A stretch of DNA of 62,247 nt, filler included, from Basidiobolus meristosporus CBS 931.73 (Eukaryota > Fungi > Basidiobolomycota), in NCBI GenBank assembly GCA_002104905.1. It is 3 parts of 3 records of this genome, joined end to end, with 100 filler letters (N's around TTAATTAATTAA, not from the genome) between each part and the next. Parts side by side here need not be neighbours in the genome. Positions count along the whole stretch, not along the records: positions 1 to 28,393 come from MCFE01000883.1; positions 28,494 to 52,499 come from MCFE01000959.1; 1 more part is not named here. One strand, 5' to 3'. Position numbers and translations under genes: made by a program. The notes beneath the pieces are model-generated. The model was not told the DNA's origin. It was given only the letters and a program-made list of their open reading frames with translations, and ran no database searches. Positions 22,800-36,400 of this stretch are shown here, piece after piece. Positions within the stretch are counted from its first letter, which is position 1, and the number at the start of each line of letters is the position of its first letter.

Positions 22800-24815
22800 G
22801 TGTAAGAAAAATACAAAGGTGGAACTTCAGGCTTTTGCAACACTCTCAATCAGCTTAATATTCATATAGCTAATCCTGATTGAGATCAAAGATACTCCAG
22901 CTTGCATGCATTATAATAGTTTGGCATATACCCCTACAAGCATTTCATCTGTAAGTCAGTAACCTAAGTTAGCAAGGCAATTCTCTAGAGTAGTATATAT
23001 GAAATGATCTCAGTAAACTTGCATAGTTCAAGTATAAAAAGTAAGATATCAACCTAATTGTATACATTCTTCATTATTTAAAATAATGTGGCAGGGGGTT
23101 TTGCCATAAGCCTGAGTCTCTGAAAAGCTTTCTGAGCCACATTGCTTCCTTTGCAGCCTCAAGGGCTGCCATATACTCTGTTGCTGTGCTTAAAGTGATA
23201 TAGCTGGTACTATATTAAGTTCTACAAAGTTGCTCCTTTATAGTGAGGCAAGATGTAACCAGCAGCAGATCTTCTTTTTCTTATATTTTGTCACCGGTCA
23301 GCTTCAAAGTAGCCCTCAGGATCCTGTTCTGAAACTTGATAGGTGTGCCATAAGCATGTATCAGCAGCTCTGTGTAAGTATCTATAAGTTACCTTAACTG
23401 CTGTATTATAATAAAATTATTAATTTGATCAAGCTGGTAGACAACACCCACTGAATACACAATATCTGGAAAGGAGAAGAGTCATAAAGTATTCTTCTTT
23501 GACTTCTTTATTTATGTTATGCAGCTGTAGTAGCAGATTTTGAATGTAATATATAGAGTATGCTCTTTCATGGATCAGATATCTTGCCATATCAATGATT
23601 GACCTGCTGGTATACTCTGATACTCCATTTTGTGGCAAGGAATAGGGTACTATAGTCCCTTGGCTCATCCTGTGAGTTTTGCTGGTGCAGACAAAGAGCT
23701 TTGCAGTAACTTGTCTACCATTGCCCTGGCATATTCCTACATTTGCTCACAGGCTTATCTTGCCATTAGTGCCCTTAGCCCCATGAGCTTAGACAGAGCT
23801 TCTTCCTTTCTTTACATGATAATTAAAGCTGATTTGTCCAAGCATTCATTGCCAAAGCACCAGTGCATCATCACTAATATTACTTATATTGGCCTTAAGA
23901 TTTAATGGAATGTAAGTTTAATCTGTTCAGATTTTGAGCTTTATACCCAAAGCAATGTGAGCTTCATTCAATATTATGATTCTGCATCCAAGATAACTGT
24001 ATCTGAGGCTGAGTCTCCATGCTGTTGCCGTCTTAGAGTCAATAGAGCTGTGAGGGTCTTGGAGGTATTGAAAGTGATTTGGCGAACAATTATATTATAT
24101 GGCTTTCACTTGATATTTATTGATTGTAAAATAGCAATTAGACTTTTGCATGATTGTGGCATAGCAAAATTGTAGAGAAGATCTAGGGAGCTCCCAACAA
24201 CATGTGTGCAAGGTTTGGGGCTGTCTGGACAACTTTGAGAAGTTTCATGTTCAGGGTATTTGATATTCTGATGAGAATATTCTAGGTAAATCCCAACAAG
24301 AAATTTGGTCATTATTTTGTGAGATTTGTAGGTAATGATCTAAGCAACTATGTCAGGTGAATACTCAGGTGCAAGTACAAATATATAAAATACTCAAACT
24401 CAACTGAACATTCAAACAGACTTGTCCTAATCTTGACCCAAAATGTTAAATCTGCCTCTCGCTAATTGATTGGCAATTATGTCTGTGATTATATCTTCTA
24501 TAGAACAGTAAACTAAGTTAACTAAGCTATTCTCTATAGCTTCCTTTATGAAATGATGTCTAATAACTATGTGCTCAGCTTTAGCATGAGAAGCTATATT
24601 TCTACCTGATTGTATACATCCTTGATTATCCATATAAAAAGTAAGCATTTCTTGATATAAATATAAATCTTCAATGAGCTTTCTTGAAAATATTGCTTTT
24701 TGTGAAGCTTTACAGGAAGTTGTATACTCTGCCTATGTTGTGGAAAGTGCCACAGTAGATCACTATCTTAAATTCCATGATTTTACACTTTACAGTGAAG
24801 AAAGGTTATTACAAG
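22800..24815 (-). pseudogene. Heavily decayed Copia remnants, including an F-like LTR (~24046-24392) and an RNase H end (24427-24815)
   Basis: DNQGCIQSGRN...HAKAEHIVIRHHFIKEA; integrase fragment PYSLPQNGVSE at 23429-23668; LTR similar to the F LTRs. Confidence 0.6.
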
Positions 24816-25793
24816 TGTTATGATCTACCACTTAACTGCTTAGGCTAGATCAAAATTTGGTCAAATCAATTACTTTTATGGTTAGCCTTTCAGTACATCA
24901 GTGTTATCTATCAGATCAGTAGCATTAGTCAGCAAATTAATCAGCAGATCCTTATCAGACAGAAATAGATATATTAAGTAGGGTTTAATTGGGTGATGAT
25001 GATGCAATCAAATGAGTCATCAGCCACAGCCTACATTAGGCAATTCAACTAGTCAGCAATTAATATGGCAAAAACATATAAGAAGCTGGTGGAACCTCAA
25101 TAAAATTCAGTTCAAGTTTTAGCAAATATAATACTAGCTAAACTCTCCATTCCTCTACAACTCTTATACCAATGCCATAACATTGGTAGCAACAATAACT
25201 AGTAACCTCTCTTGCAAAGAAAGAAGAAGCCTCCCTCAAGATCTCAGAGAATCAATAGTGGAAGAATGCAATGCAGCAAACCCTGGCCCAATAGCAACAG
25301 TTACTGCAGATCTTTAGCCAGCAACAACAAGGAATGACTACCATGGCCCAAAGCCAGCCAAACCCTGTCAAGAACAGCTTTAGTGTGAAGGTCAACCAGT
25401 ACCATGGTAGAGTCAATGCAAAACTGGGAACTTGGTTTGTCCCAATTGAAGAAGCTTTAAGGCTCAGGGAATTGCTCCAGAAAGCAAGTTAAATTATGCA
25501 GCCTCTTACCTAGCAGATGCAGCTTCACAGTGGCACCTCAACAAGATCAGGTCAGCCACCATGATGCAATGCTCTACAATCCCTACCTGGGATTAGTTGG
25601 TGTAGGAAATTCAGGATGATTTTGAACCTCCACACCAGCAGACACTACTAAGAAGAAAGTTGAAGACACTCAGACAGAGAGGAATGGTCCAAGAGTACAT
25701 CTATGAATATAGATGTCTACTTGGACAACTTGAAAGAATGGACCCTCTAGATCAAGTGGAATACCTTATTGATGAGTAGAAGGACAGAACTTG
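24816..25793 (+). mobile_element. gag: Gypsy C 5' end: LTR 24816-25182, PBS TGGTAGC at 25184, decayed gag
   Basis: TGTTATGATCT...ATAACA followed by an iMet-type PBS start. Gag-like YAASYLADAASQW...FEPPHQQTLLRRKLKTLRQRGMVQEY; cut off by an inverted C LTR. Confidence 0.75.
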
Positions 25794-28393
25794 AGTTACA
25801 AGTCTTGGTATAAGAGTTATAGAGGAATAGGGAGTTTAGCTAGTATTGTATTCATTAAGACTTGAACTGATCTTTATTGTGGTTCCAGCAGCTCCTTATA
25901 CTCATTTGCCAGATCAATTGCTGACTAATTGTTTATCCTAATTTAGGCTGTGGCTGATGACTCATTTAATTGCATCATCATCACCCAATTAAACCCTACT
26001 TAATATATCTATTTCTGTCTGATAAGGATCTGCTGACTCATTTGCTGACTAATACTACTGATTGGATAGATAATACCAACGTACTGATAAGTTAAACATA
26101 TAACTAATTGATTTGACTAAAAACTGATCTAACTCAAAAATCCAAGTGGTAGATCATTATATTCTCCCCTACCAAAGTTGAGAGGGTTCTGCTGAATCTC
26201 TTTTCTTGTGATACCAATATCTTGATGGTTCAGTATTATCAGCAAGTCTTGCAAGCTTGAGTCTGTCTCTATGTACTAAGTCTTCCCAGATACTGCCTTT
26301 TTGTCCACTAGTTGTAAGTTGCAAATTGACATTCTCTGATGATCTTGAACGGTCCTGTCCATTGTGGCTCAAACTTCTTCCAGGTGCAGTTTTTTAGCAA
26401 TACAAAGTTCCCAACTGTCAATGCTTTGGTGCTATAGTTTTTAAATCTCTGCTTAATCTTTTCTGCACTTTGAGATACTTTGGTCTGTGCCTCTTGACAT
26501 CTTTGTTCCAGTTGCTGGTATCTATTTGGATGACTGAGTTCATCTTCTAAGGTGTCTGTAAGCTTTGGTTGTGCAAGATCTCCTGGAATCCCTGGTTCAC
26601 ATCCATACACCAAGTCCAATGGTAATTCTTGGGAGGGGTTGTGTACTCTGACTCTGCATGCAAAGAGTGCTTGGTCTATATACCCATCCCATCTACTGAC
26701 AACTCCATTTGCATACTTGGTCTGCATTTTTCCAAATAAGCCAATAAACCATTCAGTGACACCTTTAGTTCCAGGGTGATATGCCAAGGTTTTCCAGTGT
26801 TTGATCTGCTGCATTTCCAGGTAAGCCTCTAATGTCTTTGCCATAAAGTTTGCACCTCTGTTGGATAGAATCTCTACAGGGCATCCAAACTCCATAAGGA
26901 TCTTGAGGTAGATGAAACTTACAACTTCTTTTTCACTGGCTACAGGTACAGCTTTAGCCACTGACCATTTAGTGGTATGGTCAATTGCTACTAGGATCCA
27001 ACAGTTGCATTTCCTGGTAGTTGGCAGTCTTCCAGTTACGTCAATTCCCCATTTTTTAAATGGTCTTACAGGCTCTAAGAACAGTGTGTGGCAATTCTCT
27101 GTGGTTGGCTTTGGTAGATTTGGTAATTTGGGCATGTTTTCACTAGCTTCTCAATGTCATGTTTCATTCTGGGCCACCATACTCTGGCTTTCACAAGGCT
27201 ATAGGTCCATCTCCATTGTGTAGCTTATGTATTAAATCCAGGCAAGCAACATAAGGGCAATTAGGCAATAGGGCTTCCATCAACAATTTGGTAGAGTGTT
27301 TCATCCTGTACTACAAATTTGCTGGCTTCATCCCAGATAATCTTCTTGATATTTTCATCCACCTCATCAGCAAAGGCTTGGTCCTCCAAGTACTTTGGTA
27401 ATAGGCTAGGCCAATCTGTTTCATGCACCAAGTTGAGTTGTGCAACTTTCTCTAATCTTGATAAGGCATCAGCAACTGTGTTGCTTTTTCCAGGACAGTT
27501 AACAATCTCCAAATCAAATTGCTGAATGTGTTCACTCCATCTTGTCATTCTTCTACAGAGTCCCTTCTGAGTAAATATGTACTCAAGGGAGGAATGATCA
27601 GTCTTCACAGTGGATTTGACTCCTTCAATATAGCATCTCCAGGTCTTCAAACAGTGTATTATAGCACGCATCTCCTTCTCATGCACTGGATAGTTTTGTT
27701 CTGCTGAGTTCAGTTTCTTGGATTCAAAGGCAATGGGGTAGTCCTTTCCCTTCTGTTTTTGGCTCAACACTCCACCAATTGCATAATCTGAAGCATCTGT
27801 GCACAGAGTGAACTCTTTTCTGAAGTCAGGTATTCTTAAGCTTGGTAACGTAGCAAGTTCTTTCTTGAGCATCTGGAGGGCAGTGTCACAAGCTATGTCT
27901 CACTTGCAGGTATTTTCTTTCTTGAGGATACCGGTTAAAGGGGCTGCAATACTTGCAAAGACTTGACAAATCTCCAATAATAGGAAACCATTTGAAGGAA
28001 TGATCTGAGCTCTGATATGCTATGGGGCTGCTTCAGATTCTTGATAACTTCAGCCTTCTTAGGGTCTAAGTTACTCCTGTGCTAGTCACTATGTGTCCCA
28101 GATATTCAACATGTTCCTTGAAGAATTCACACTTGGCTAGCTTGACATATAGTTTGTTCTCTCTTAGATTCTTCAAGACCTTTTCAGTGTGTACCATGTG
28201 ATCTCTACTGTCTTGCTGTATATCAATATATCATCTTGGTAGATTATCACTAGCTTGTCTAAGTGCTCCTGGCAGACAGTCTGCATCAGGGTCATGAATG
28301 TTGCAGGGGCATTGGTGAGGCCAAAACTCATGACTAAGTACTTGTAATGTCTATAGCTAGTCCTGAATGCTGCCTTAGGGATGTCTTCTGGCT
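25794..28393 (-). mobile_element. pol: Gypsy C element, 3' half: LTR 25794-26161, PPT 26162-26173, IN 26308-27135, RNase H 27261-27872, RT to the gap
   Basis: WGIDVTG, AYHPGTKGVTE, TDASDYAIGGVL, EKEMRAI, TDHSSL; PPT GGTAGGGGAGAA. Confidence 0.9.
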
Positions 28394-28493
28394 NNNNNNN
28401 NNNNNNNNNNNNNNNNNNNNNNNNNNNNNNNNNNNNNTTAATTAATTAANNNNNNNNNNNNNNNNNNNNNNNNNNNNNNNNNNNNNNNNNNNN
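28394..28493. other. Artificial contig linker
   Basis: 44 N + TTAATTAATTAA (stops in all six frames) + 44 N. Confidence 0.95.
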
Positions 28494-31400
28494 TTACACT
28501 GATGCCTGGAATCTTCTAGAACCTAGTATGTTTCACAGTTTGTGGGCAAATGCTGTTCTGCTGTGCTTCTGTAGTGCATTATTGGAGTACTAACACTTAT
28601 GGCTCAATATGGTGCTACACAAAATTACAAGTTAACTTTCACTTGCCTATTTGACTTAGAGCCTGAGAAGACTGCATTGTACCCTTCAGTGGCCATACTG
28701 TTGATATGGTTTTTTACATGTAATCATGCTAATTGTACCAGCTGCTAATGCATGCATTTGCTCAAGCCTTCTTCAGTTGCTGCCTGGAGTGGGGTAAAGT
28801 AACAAGCAAGACATGTGTCAAGCTACAGCTTCAGACTTAATGCTGACTATTATGGGTAACCATTTGGTTGTACACAAATGTAGACACCACTTGCCAAGTA
28901 CAAGAGTCTCCTATGTCCAATAGACAGTTGAAAAGTCAGTGCTGTAATCATGCCATATTGCTGGATGTGGGGCTGTTTGCCCAACAGACAAGACTATTCT
29001 GGTTAAAGGTTCTAAGAGAGGAAAAGATTTACCACATGGTTTTTTTATGATGCACTTCCACCCTTTAGCATATAGACTTACTAAGTACAAAAAAGATCAT
29101 GGTGGGTGTTTTCCACAATAGTCATATTTTAACATTAATGATTTGCTACAGCACTTAGAATATCCTGCCACCAGCCTCATACTTCTGGTCCAGTATTAAG
29201 TTACACTTGTCACCTTATCAAAGCTGAGCTAGATGAGTCTGCAGTGCCTTTTGGCTTGCTTCTGACAATCAATTATGGCCTGTACATTGATGGTGCTACA
29301 GAGTGATCACTGATGGATCTGAATCTGCCTACACTCAATATAATACTCAGCATGGTACCAGTACAATACAATAGAGTGACAAGATAGAGCTGAGAAAATA
29401 TGCAGGTATATATTTGGTGACATGATAGAATCAACAAGAAATGGTGACAAAGCTGGACCTATGTCCTTGTTAAAGATCCTCAGTATCACACCTTTGCTTA
29501 TGTGGTATAGCTGTTACATCACAACAGGGGAGATTCATATTGTCCAAATGCATACCATCACAGCTTCAGAGTGAATACACAATGCACTATCAATGATTTT
29601 ATTTAGTCTTGACAATTGTGCAAAACTTGTAAGATCTTAGCACTGAAGGGAGTGACAAGGTCAAGACTGCAAGTGAGTCCTAAAGGGTTATAGTTAGTCA
29701 AGAGTTGTTAAGCAGATTTTAGCTGCGGTTGCTGTGTTGTCTCCTTGGTTGCTTTACAAGCAGTCATATACTCTGCTTTATTTGCAGAAGTTGTTAGAGC
29801 AAGTTGTTTCTTATAGGTTTAAGTCATAACTGCACCAGTATTCAGAGTATATATCTAATAGTGGAATATTGGCCAAATTGATCTCTTCCCCATTTAGTAG
29901 CATCATTGCCATCAAGCTTAACATGTTGATGGCTCTAGCATATTTTAAAACATTATTAGTAGCACCTTGCATGAATCTGAAGTTTAATCTATGATCATTG
30001 TACCAACAGTGAACCCAGAAAATTACATGTCTTCAGCTGTCTTGAAAATGTGGTGTTGTATCTCAAGAAATGTCTAGATAAAGGAGCTTATCAAGAAGTA
30101 GTGATAAAGATCTAACTATAGCTCATTCATAAGGGAGCTCAGCATTTGTACCTTTGTAGAAATAAGACAAATGTAGAATTAACTTTTTAGCTTCTTAATA
30201 CTCAGGAGCATGCTGCTACAGTCTCAGAGTAGATTATCGCTGCTCAGTAAAGGTGATAGTGTCTTGATGACTATCAAGGAACTATCTCTGATTCATTGGA
30301 GTAATGAAAGTGGCAAAGCAAGGGCTGTAATTAAGTCTCACAGCAGCTATGGCCATGATAGAGTTGTTGAGCATCTTTTAAGTGGCAGGAACTTCAATAA
30401 AAGCAGCTCAGGTCTCAATGAATGCAATGCTGACTAAACTTCTTATTCTTCAACAACCCCAATATCAAGATTTGTAACATCTACAATCCAATGGCCTCCT
30501 AGGTTGCTTAACAAGCTGCCAAATATGCACTTCAGCCGCAGAGTTGCTGCAGACTTGCAATTTCCTTTATTGAGGTGTCCCTGAATGTCTTTGCTTTTTT
30601 AAGATCAATTTAGCATTGATGTTTGCATGGATGAATAAGCTTTGAGCTCAATAGAAAGAATCAGCTCAATATTGTAACTTCCCTACACTCATGCTTGCTA
30701 CAGAGATCTGCTTTTACTTGTTTAAGAGCCTGCTGTTCACTAGTAATCAGGATTAAGCTGTACATATGGAGAACCTATACCATCATTCCCTTTTAGGTTG
30801 TTTTTATATATACCTTGACCCATCAGGCTGCAAATGAACCTTATCTCTTCCAGATATGTGCTGATCATATAATTTCATGCCCTAGATGCCTGCTGAGGCC
30901 CAAACAATAATCTTCTGAGTTTGGGCACCTTGTCAAGTGTTGGCTTCTTTGGGCATGGAATAAGTTTCTAGTTACTCTCTAGATATGATTTGAGGCTGAT
31001 TTGCATTATGGAACATTACCCATGAGGTTGTATGTTGTAGATCTGACCAGTGTGCAGCAATTAGGAGCTGAGCTGTCCTAAAGCAGCCAATGCTACCTAC
31101 CAAAGCCAATCTTTCCTTGAGGTACTTTGCATACTCTTTATAGCAGTGTTCCCATCCATTGTCACCTCAAAATGCCTTCAATATGGAGCCAGCTTATGCC
31201 CTTGAGATTTTCTTGTTGTGCCTATACATTTGCTTAGCCTCATTCATGTTTTTGGAAGTAATATACAAGCCTAAGTTATCTTAACATCAATTGATGTCAT
31301 TCAATATATATATCTTAGCTCCCAAGTGTAGCAATCTTATGGACCCACCTGTGTCTCAGTGTGCTCCAGTCACTACTTTGGAGGTGTCAATATCTCCAAA

Positions 31401-31725
31401 GCTCTGGAAAGCTGTCAAGCTTAGTTTCTATATAATCATCTTGTGAAGTCATTTGGTTGCACTGGAACTGGGTAATAGTGGCCTAGCATTAGCTAATTTT
31501 GCATTCATTTAGTCATTCTGTTTTCCTTTGTGTGTTCCATTGCCATAGGTGAATCTGACTGTTTCAACAGTGCTTACGTACTCAGGTACTATTATCTGGT
31601 ACGTAGACTTGCATATATTGTGATCCCTGACTTCCAAAGCTACATTTTGACTATTTTGGCTCATATTTGGGCTGCTGGGTAGTTGCTTAACTAGCTGAGA
31701 GTTGGTTCTTGCCTATTCCAGAGGC

Positions 31726-32089
31726 TGTGATATATTACTTCAGTGTTTAAATAGGATTTGTTTTAGTAAAGTCAGATAGCTTAGTGTCTAGCCTATCAGT
31801 ATATCAGGCTTAGCTATCAAATCAGCAGTATTTGTCAGCAGGTGTATCATCAAATCCTTCTTAGTCAGAAGTAGAAGTATTTAGTTGAATCTAATTGGGT
31901 GATGATGATGCAATTAACCAAGTCATGAGCCACAACCTACATTAGGCAATATAACTAGCTGTCACTTTATCAGTCAAGTGCACTTGAGTAGCTGGTGGAA
32001 CCTCCATAAAAATAAGTTCAAATTTCAGTGAATTCAATACTGGCCAAACTACATGTTGCTCTACATCTCTTATTTCAAGACTTGTAACA
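31726..32089 (+). repeat. Divergent solo C-type LTR
   Basis: TG...AAGACTTGTAACA; shares TTGGGTGATGATGATGCAAT and other blocks with the C LTRs; no clean TSD. Confidence 0.7.
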
Positions 32090-33408
32090 CAGCCAAACAG
32101 AGTACATCAGTCAGTTCTGCAGTTTTGCTCCTTAGCTACAAAGATTGCCTTAAAGTTGCTGAACCACTCCACTGTACCTTAAGTATGCTGTAATGCTTCA
32201 GAGCATTATACCACTCTTTACAATGGCTTCTTTGACTCACTTGCACTGTCACAAGCAGCGGCTCACCTTTGATGTATAATTTGGTTGCTTCATTTTTTTT
32301 TGTCTACCGTTAATTCCTGTATATAGAGCTTGTATGCATTTTAACATCCTATTAGTTTTCTACAGTCAGTATTAAAACCAGTTCCTATCATATTGCCTTG
32401 GGCAGATATCAGCAATCCTCCTGCATGCCTGTATGCTTTAAAGTAGCATCTGGACTCTGCATTGATTGTTTCAAACTCTGAGGTCCAGTACAAATGGCAA
32501 GATAAGCTTCTTCATGTACCTTTTATTTCCAACACTAAAATTCAGGACTATTTCTCATTCCAGTACATATCCTAACAGGGATAATCTGCTCTTTCTCAGT
32601 ACTGTTAGATGATCTGTCCCTTTCAGGCTGTGTTTAATTCCTATCATCATCATTGGTGGTAATCACTTCACAACAGTGTCCTCCGTAAAGCAGCTGGCAT
32701 CATATGACCATAGGAGCAGCCTGATACAAGCACTCAACAGTGGCTGGATGACCTTCTTGTCATAAAAAACTACTAACACTGAATGTCCTACTTGCAAAGA
32801 TTTCACCATTGTGGTAGAAAACATTACTCTGATTCTGCATATAGACACATAAGATCCTATCTACCAAAGCTCATGCTGTCCAACATATATTGTGATATTA
32901 CTGAGTACTACACCTGGTTTGAATCAGGTGCTAATATTTTCAACATTCATGATGACAATCAGTAAAAAAATTATTTATTTATTTATCAGTAATGCTGCAG
33001 AAGTATTTCTCTCAGTGGATATCTTCTTCAATGAATATAATGTTGAAATATTGGACTATTTGGTATCATTCAGCAGCTAAAAATTTACTTAACAATTCTA
33101 GGCTAGTCTTAGTCACTGTAGGACTCATTTACTGCCTTAACTTTGCCACTTTCTCTAGATATATGATCTTATGATTATTCCCCTATAGTCAGGATCAAAT
33201 TGGCACTATTACCAAACATTATGTACTAACCCTGAAACTGTTACAGAATGCTCCTGAATATTGAGAAACCCTCCCTACTTATGTTGCAGCTGTATTACTT
33301 CTACAAAGGTATAAATACTGAGCTTCTTTATGAATAAACAACAGTTCAACTATTATCACTATTTCTTGATAAGTTCCTTATATCCAAATCACTTCTTAAA
33401 TTGCAACA

Positions 33409-33420
33409 GGTTATGAGCCC
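33409..33420 (+). promoter_or_regulatory. Half-tRNA (iMet anticodon arm) PBS
   Basis: GGTTATGAGCCC abuts the LTR and is complementary to GGGCUCAUAACC of yeast-type initiator tRNA. Confidence 0.8.
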
Positions 33421-36400
33421 CAATTGCCTTAATCTATTCTAAAGATGACTTCTACCAGCAAACAAAGCAATACCAACATCTTCCCTGTAAAGGAGAGGTT
33501 TGATGAGAAGAACTACAGACTTTGGAGAATCAAGATGCAGATCCACCTTGAGGAAAGAAAGCTTTGGAACATAGTAACAGGAAAGGAAGTTGAGCCCAAA
33601 GGAACAGCAGAAGATGTGGAGAAGTTTCAAGAGAAGGAGAGAAAGGCCTTCAATGCAATATGCATCAATGTGCAAGACTCCTTCATTGGACAAATCCATG
33701 CCTCAAATACTGCCAAAGCAGCATGGGAATCCTTAGAAAAGATCTTTAGAGCAAAGTCAGTATCAAGCAAGCTTTACTTGAAACAAAAGTTCTTCAACAT
33801 GAGAAAAAAGCCAGATGATGACATGCTACAACTCATTACCAGAATGGAGACACTTGCAGAAGAACTTTACAGTATTAATGCTGGTGTAGATGATGAAGAA
33901 AAGATACTCTGTCTGCTTTGCAGCCTACCAGACGAGTATGAGCCACTCATACTTTCTTTTGAAAGCAGAGAAGACAACTTGACTTTAGACTATGTCAAAG
34001 GAAGACTTCTCCATGAAGAGCTCAGACGTAATGATCAAACAGAGAAAATTGAAGATAATGCTTTATTCAGTTCAGAAAGGCGTACAGAAAAGAAGGGAAA
34101 GCAACAAAACCAAAGAAAACCTGGCTGCTGTAACTACTGTAAGAAGCCAGGACACTGGGCAAGAGAATGCAAGAAGAAACAAGCAGACGAAAAACAGAAA
34201 CTAGAGCAGGCAAACCATATAACTACTGATGAACAGTTATTTGTCACTGTACAAGAGAGTGCAAGTAACCAAAGTAATGAATGGTATATTGACTCTGGAG
34301 CATCACAGCATATTTGTGGTATAAAGGATTGGTTCAGCAACTTAAAGACTATTCCCGTAAGAAAGGTTTATCTGGGAGATAACTCTGCATTGGAAGCTAC
34401 CGCTAGTGGGTCTATACAGCTAAATATGAGTGATAACTCAGGGGCAACAACAGCAAAACTGACTGACGTACTCTATGTACCTGGAATAGCTAAGAACCTA
34501 CTCTCAGTCAGTAAAGCAACTACTCAGGGACTGAAATTTGTTTTTACTAAGCTGAGCTGCTCAATATTGAGTGAAAATGGACAAAAATTAGCTTCGGGAA
34601 TCAGAGATCACAATATATACAAGTTACAATGCAAGATCTTTGTCCTTGAGTATGTCAACATTGCTGAAACTGATGAAACCAACTGGGAGACGTGGCATAG
34701 GAGGCTAGGACACATAGGGGAACAGAAAATGAGCCAATTGGTGAAAAATCAGCTTGTTTTGGGCCTAAAATACTCAATTCCGATCAAATTGAATGTTTGT
34801 AAGGGATGTTCATATGGCAAACAAGCTAGGCAACGTTTCAAGAGCTCAGAAGGCATCAATACTACCGAAATATTGGCTATTGTACACTCAGACATATGTG
34901 GCCCCATGAGAACACTGTCCTTTGGAGCCAAGAGATACTTTATGACGTTTATTGTTGACAAGACAAGATATACATGGGTGTACTTCCTCAAAACAAAGGA
35001 TGAAGCTTTAGAGACGTTTAAGCACTTCAAGAACATGGCAGAAACACAAACTGGCTGTAAATTGAAGGTACTACGAAGTGACAATGGAGGAGAATACTGC
35101 TCAAAGGAGTTTGCAAAATACTGCTTATCTACTGGTATACTTCAACAGACCACAGTTCCTCATACTCCACAGCAAAATGGAGTAGCAGAACATGCAAATA
35201 GAACAATAGTAGAGATGGGAAGATCTATGCTACATGATAAGGGAATGGACTACAAGTTTTGGGCTGAATCTGTTGCTACCGCTGTATACATTAAGAACAG
35301 ATGCCCAACAACAGCACTACGTGATTCTACACCCTTTGAAGCATATACAGGCAAAAAAACCAGATCTCCAGCACCTCAGGATCTTTGGCAGTGATGTTTT
35401 TTATCACATCCCTGACAAAAAACGCTCAAAGTTGGAACCAAAGAGTAGGAAAAGGGATCTTTCTTGGGTATTGTGAAGATACTAAAGGGTATCAGAGTGT
35501 ATGATGGCAAAGTTCAGAAGCTGATCAAGAGCAGGGACGTTGTATTTGAGGAGAATTCAGATCAGAAAGCCACAGAAATCATTGGCCAGCTGCCTGATGA
35601 TGCAATCAACACAAATGAAGAAGATACGTACCAAATCCAGCCAGAGATGGAAGATACTTCTACAAGTTCCAGATCGGAACAGATTATCCCAGTTAGGAGA
35701 TCTACCAGAATAAGAAATGCCCCTGGATCCTGGTGGCAGACATCCAATGATAATCGAAGAAGCTTATCTTGCCTTATGTGCCAAACCTCAGAATCTGGAA
35801 CAGGCAATGCAAGGTCCAGATGCTACTAAGTGGCAACAAGCCATGCAGGAGGAGTACCAATCACTGATCAAGGCAAAAATGTGGGAACTGGTAGATTTAC
35901 CAAATGGGAGAAAGCCAATAGGATGTAGATGGGTCTACAAGATCAAGATAACCTCAAATGGTGACGTTGATAAGTACAAGGCTAGATTGGTAGCTAAAGG
36001 CTATTCCCAGATCCAGGGACTAGACTTTAAGGAAACATTTGCTCCAGTTGCCAAGTTTAACTCTATTAGGACAGTTCTAGCCCTGGCAGCTGTACACAGT
36101 CTAGATCTACACCAAATGGACGTCAAAACAGCCTTTCTAAATGGGGATTTGCAAGAAACTATATATATGGAGCAACCAGAAGGTTTTACCAATCCAAAAG
36201 GCCCCAAAAGGTGTGCAAACTTAGAAAATTGTTGTATGGGCTTAAGCAGGCACCCACAGCATGGTATAACAAGATTGACACATATCTAGAGGAAATTGGG
36301 TTCTCTCGTAGCACTGCAGATCACAGTATAATATGTGAAACAGCTCAAAAAGGGTGTGATCATCCTAGTTCTTTATGTGGACTACTTAATTATAGCTACA

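Noticed and set aside
28438-28449. TTAATTAATTAA as a biological palindrome; X-containing ORFs at 52548-52760
   Set aside because: Synthetic linker flanked by exactly 44 N on each side, twice.
29000-30560. KDZ transposase or Ulp1 protease identity for the unassigned region
   Set aside because: Only 4-6-residue resemblances in broken frames, which is not enough to call.
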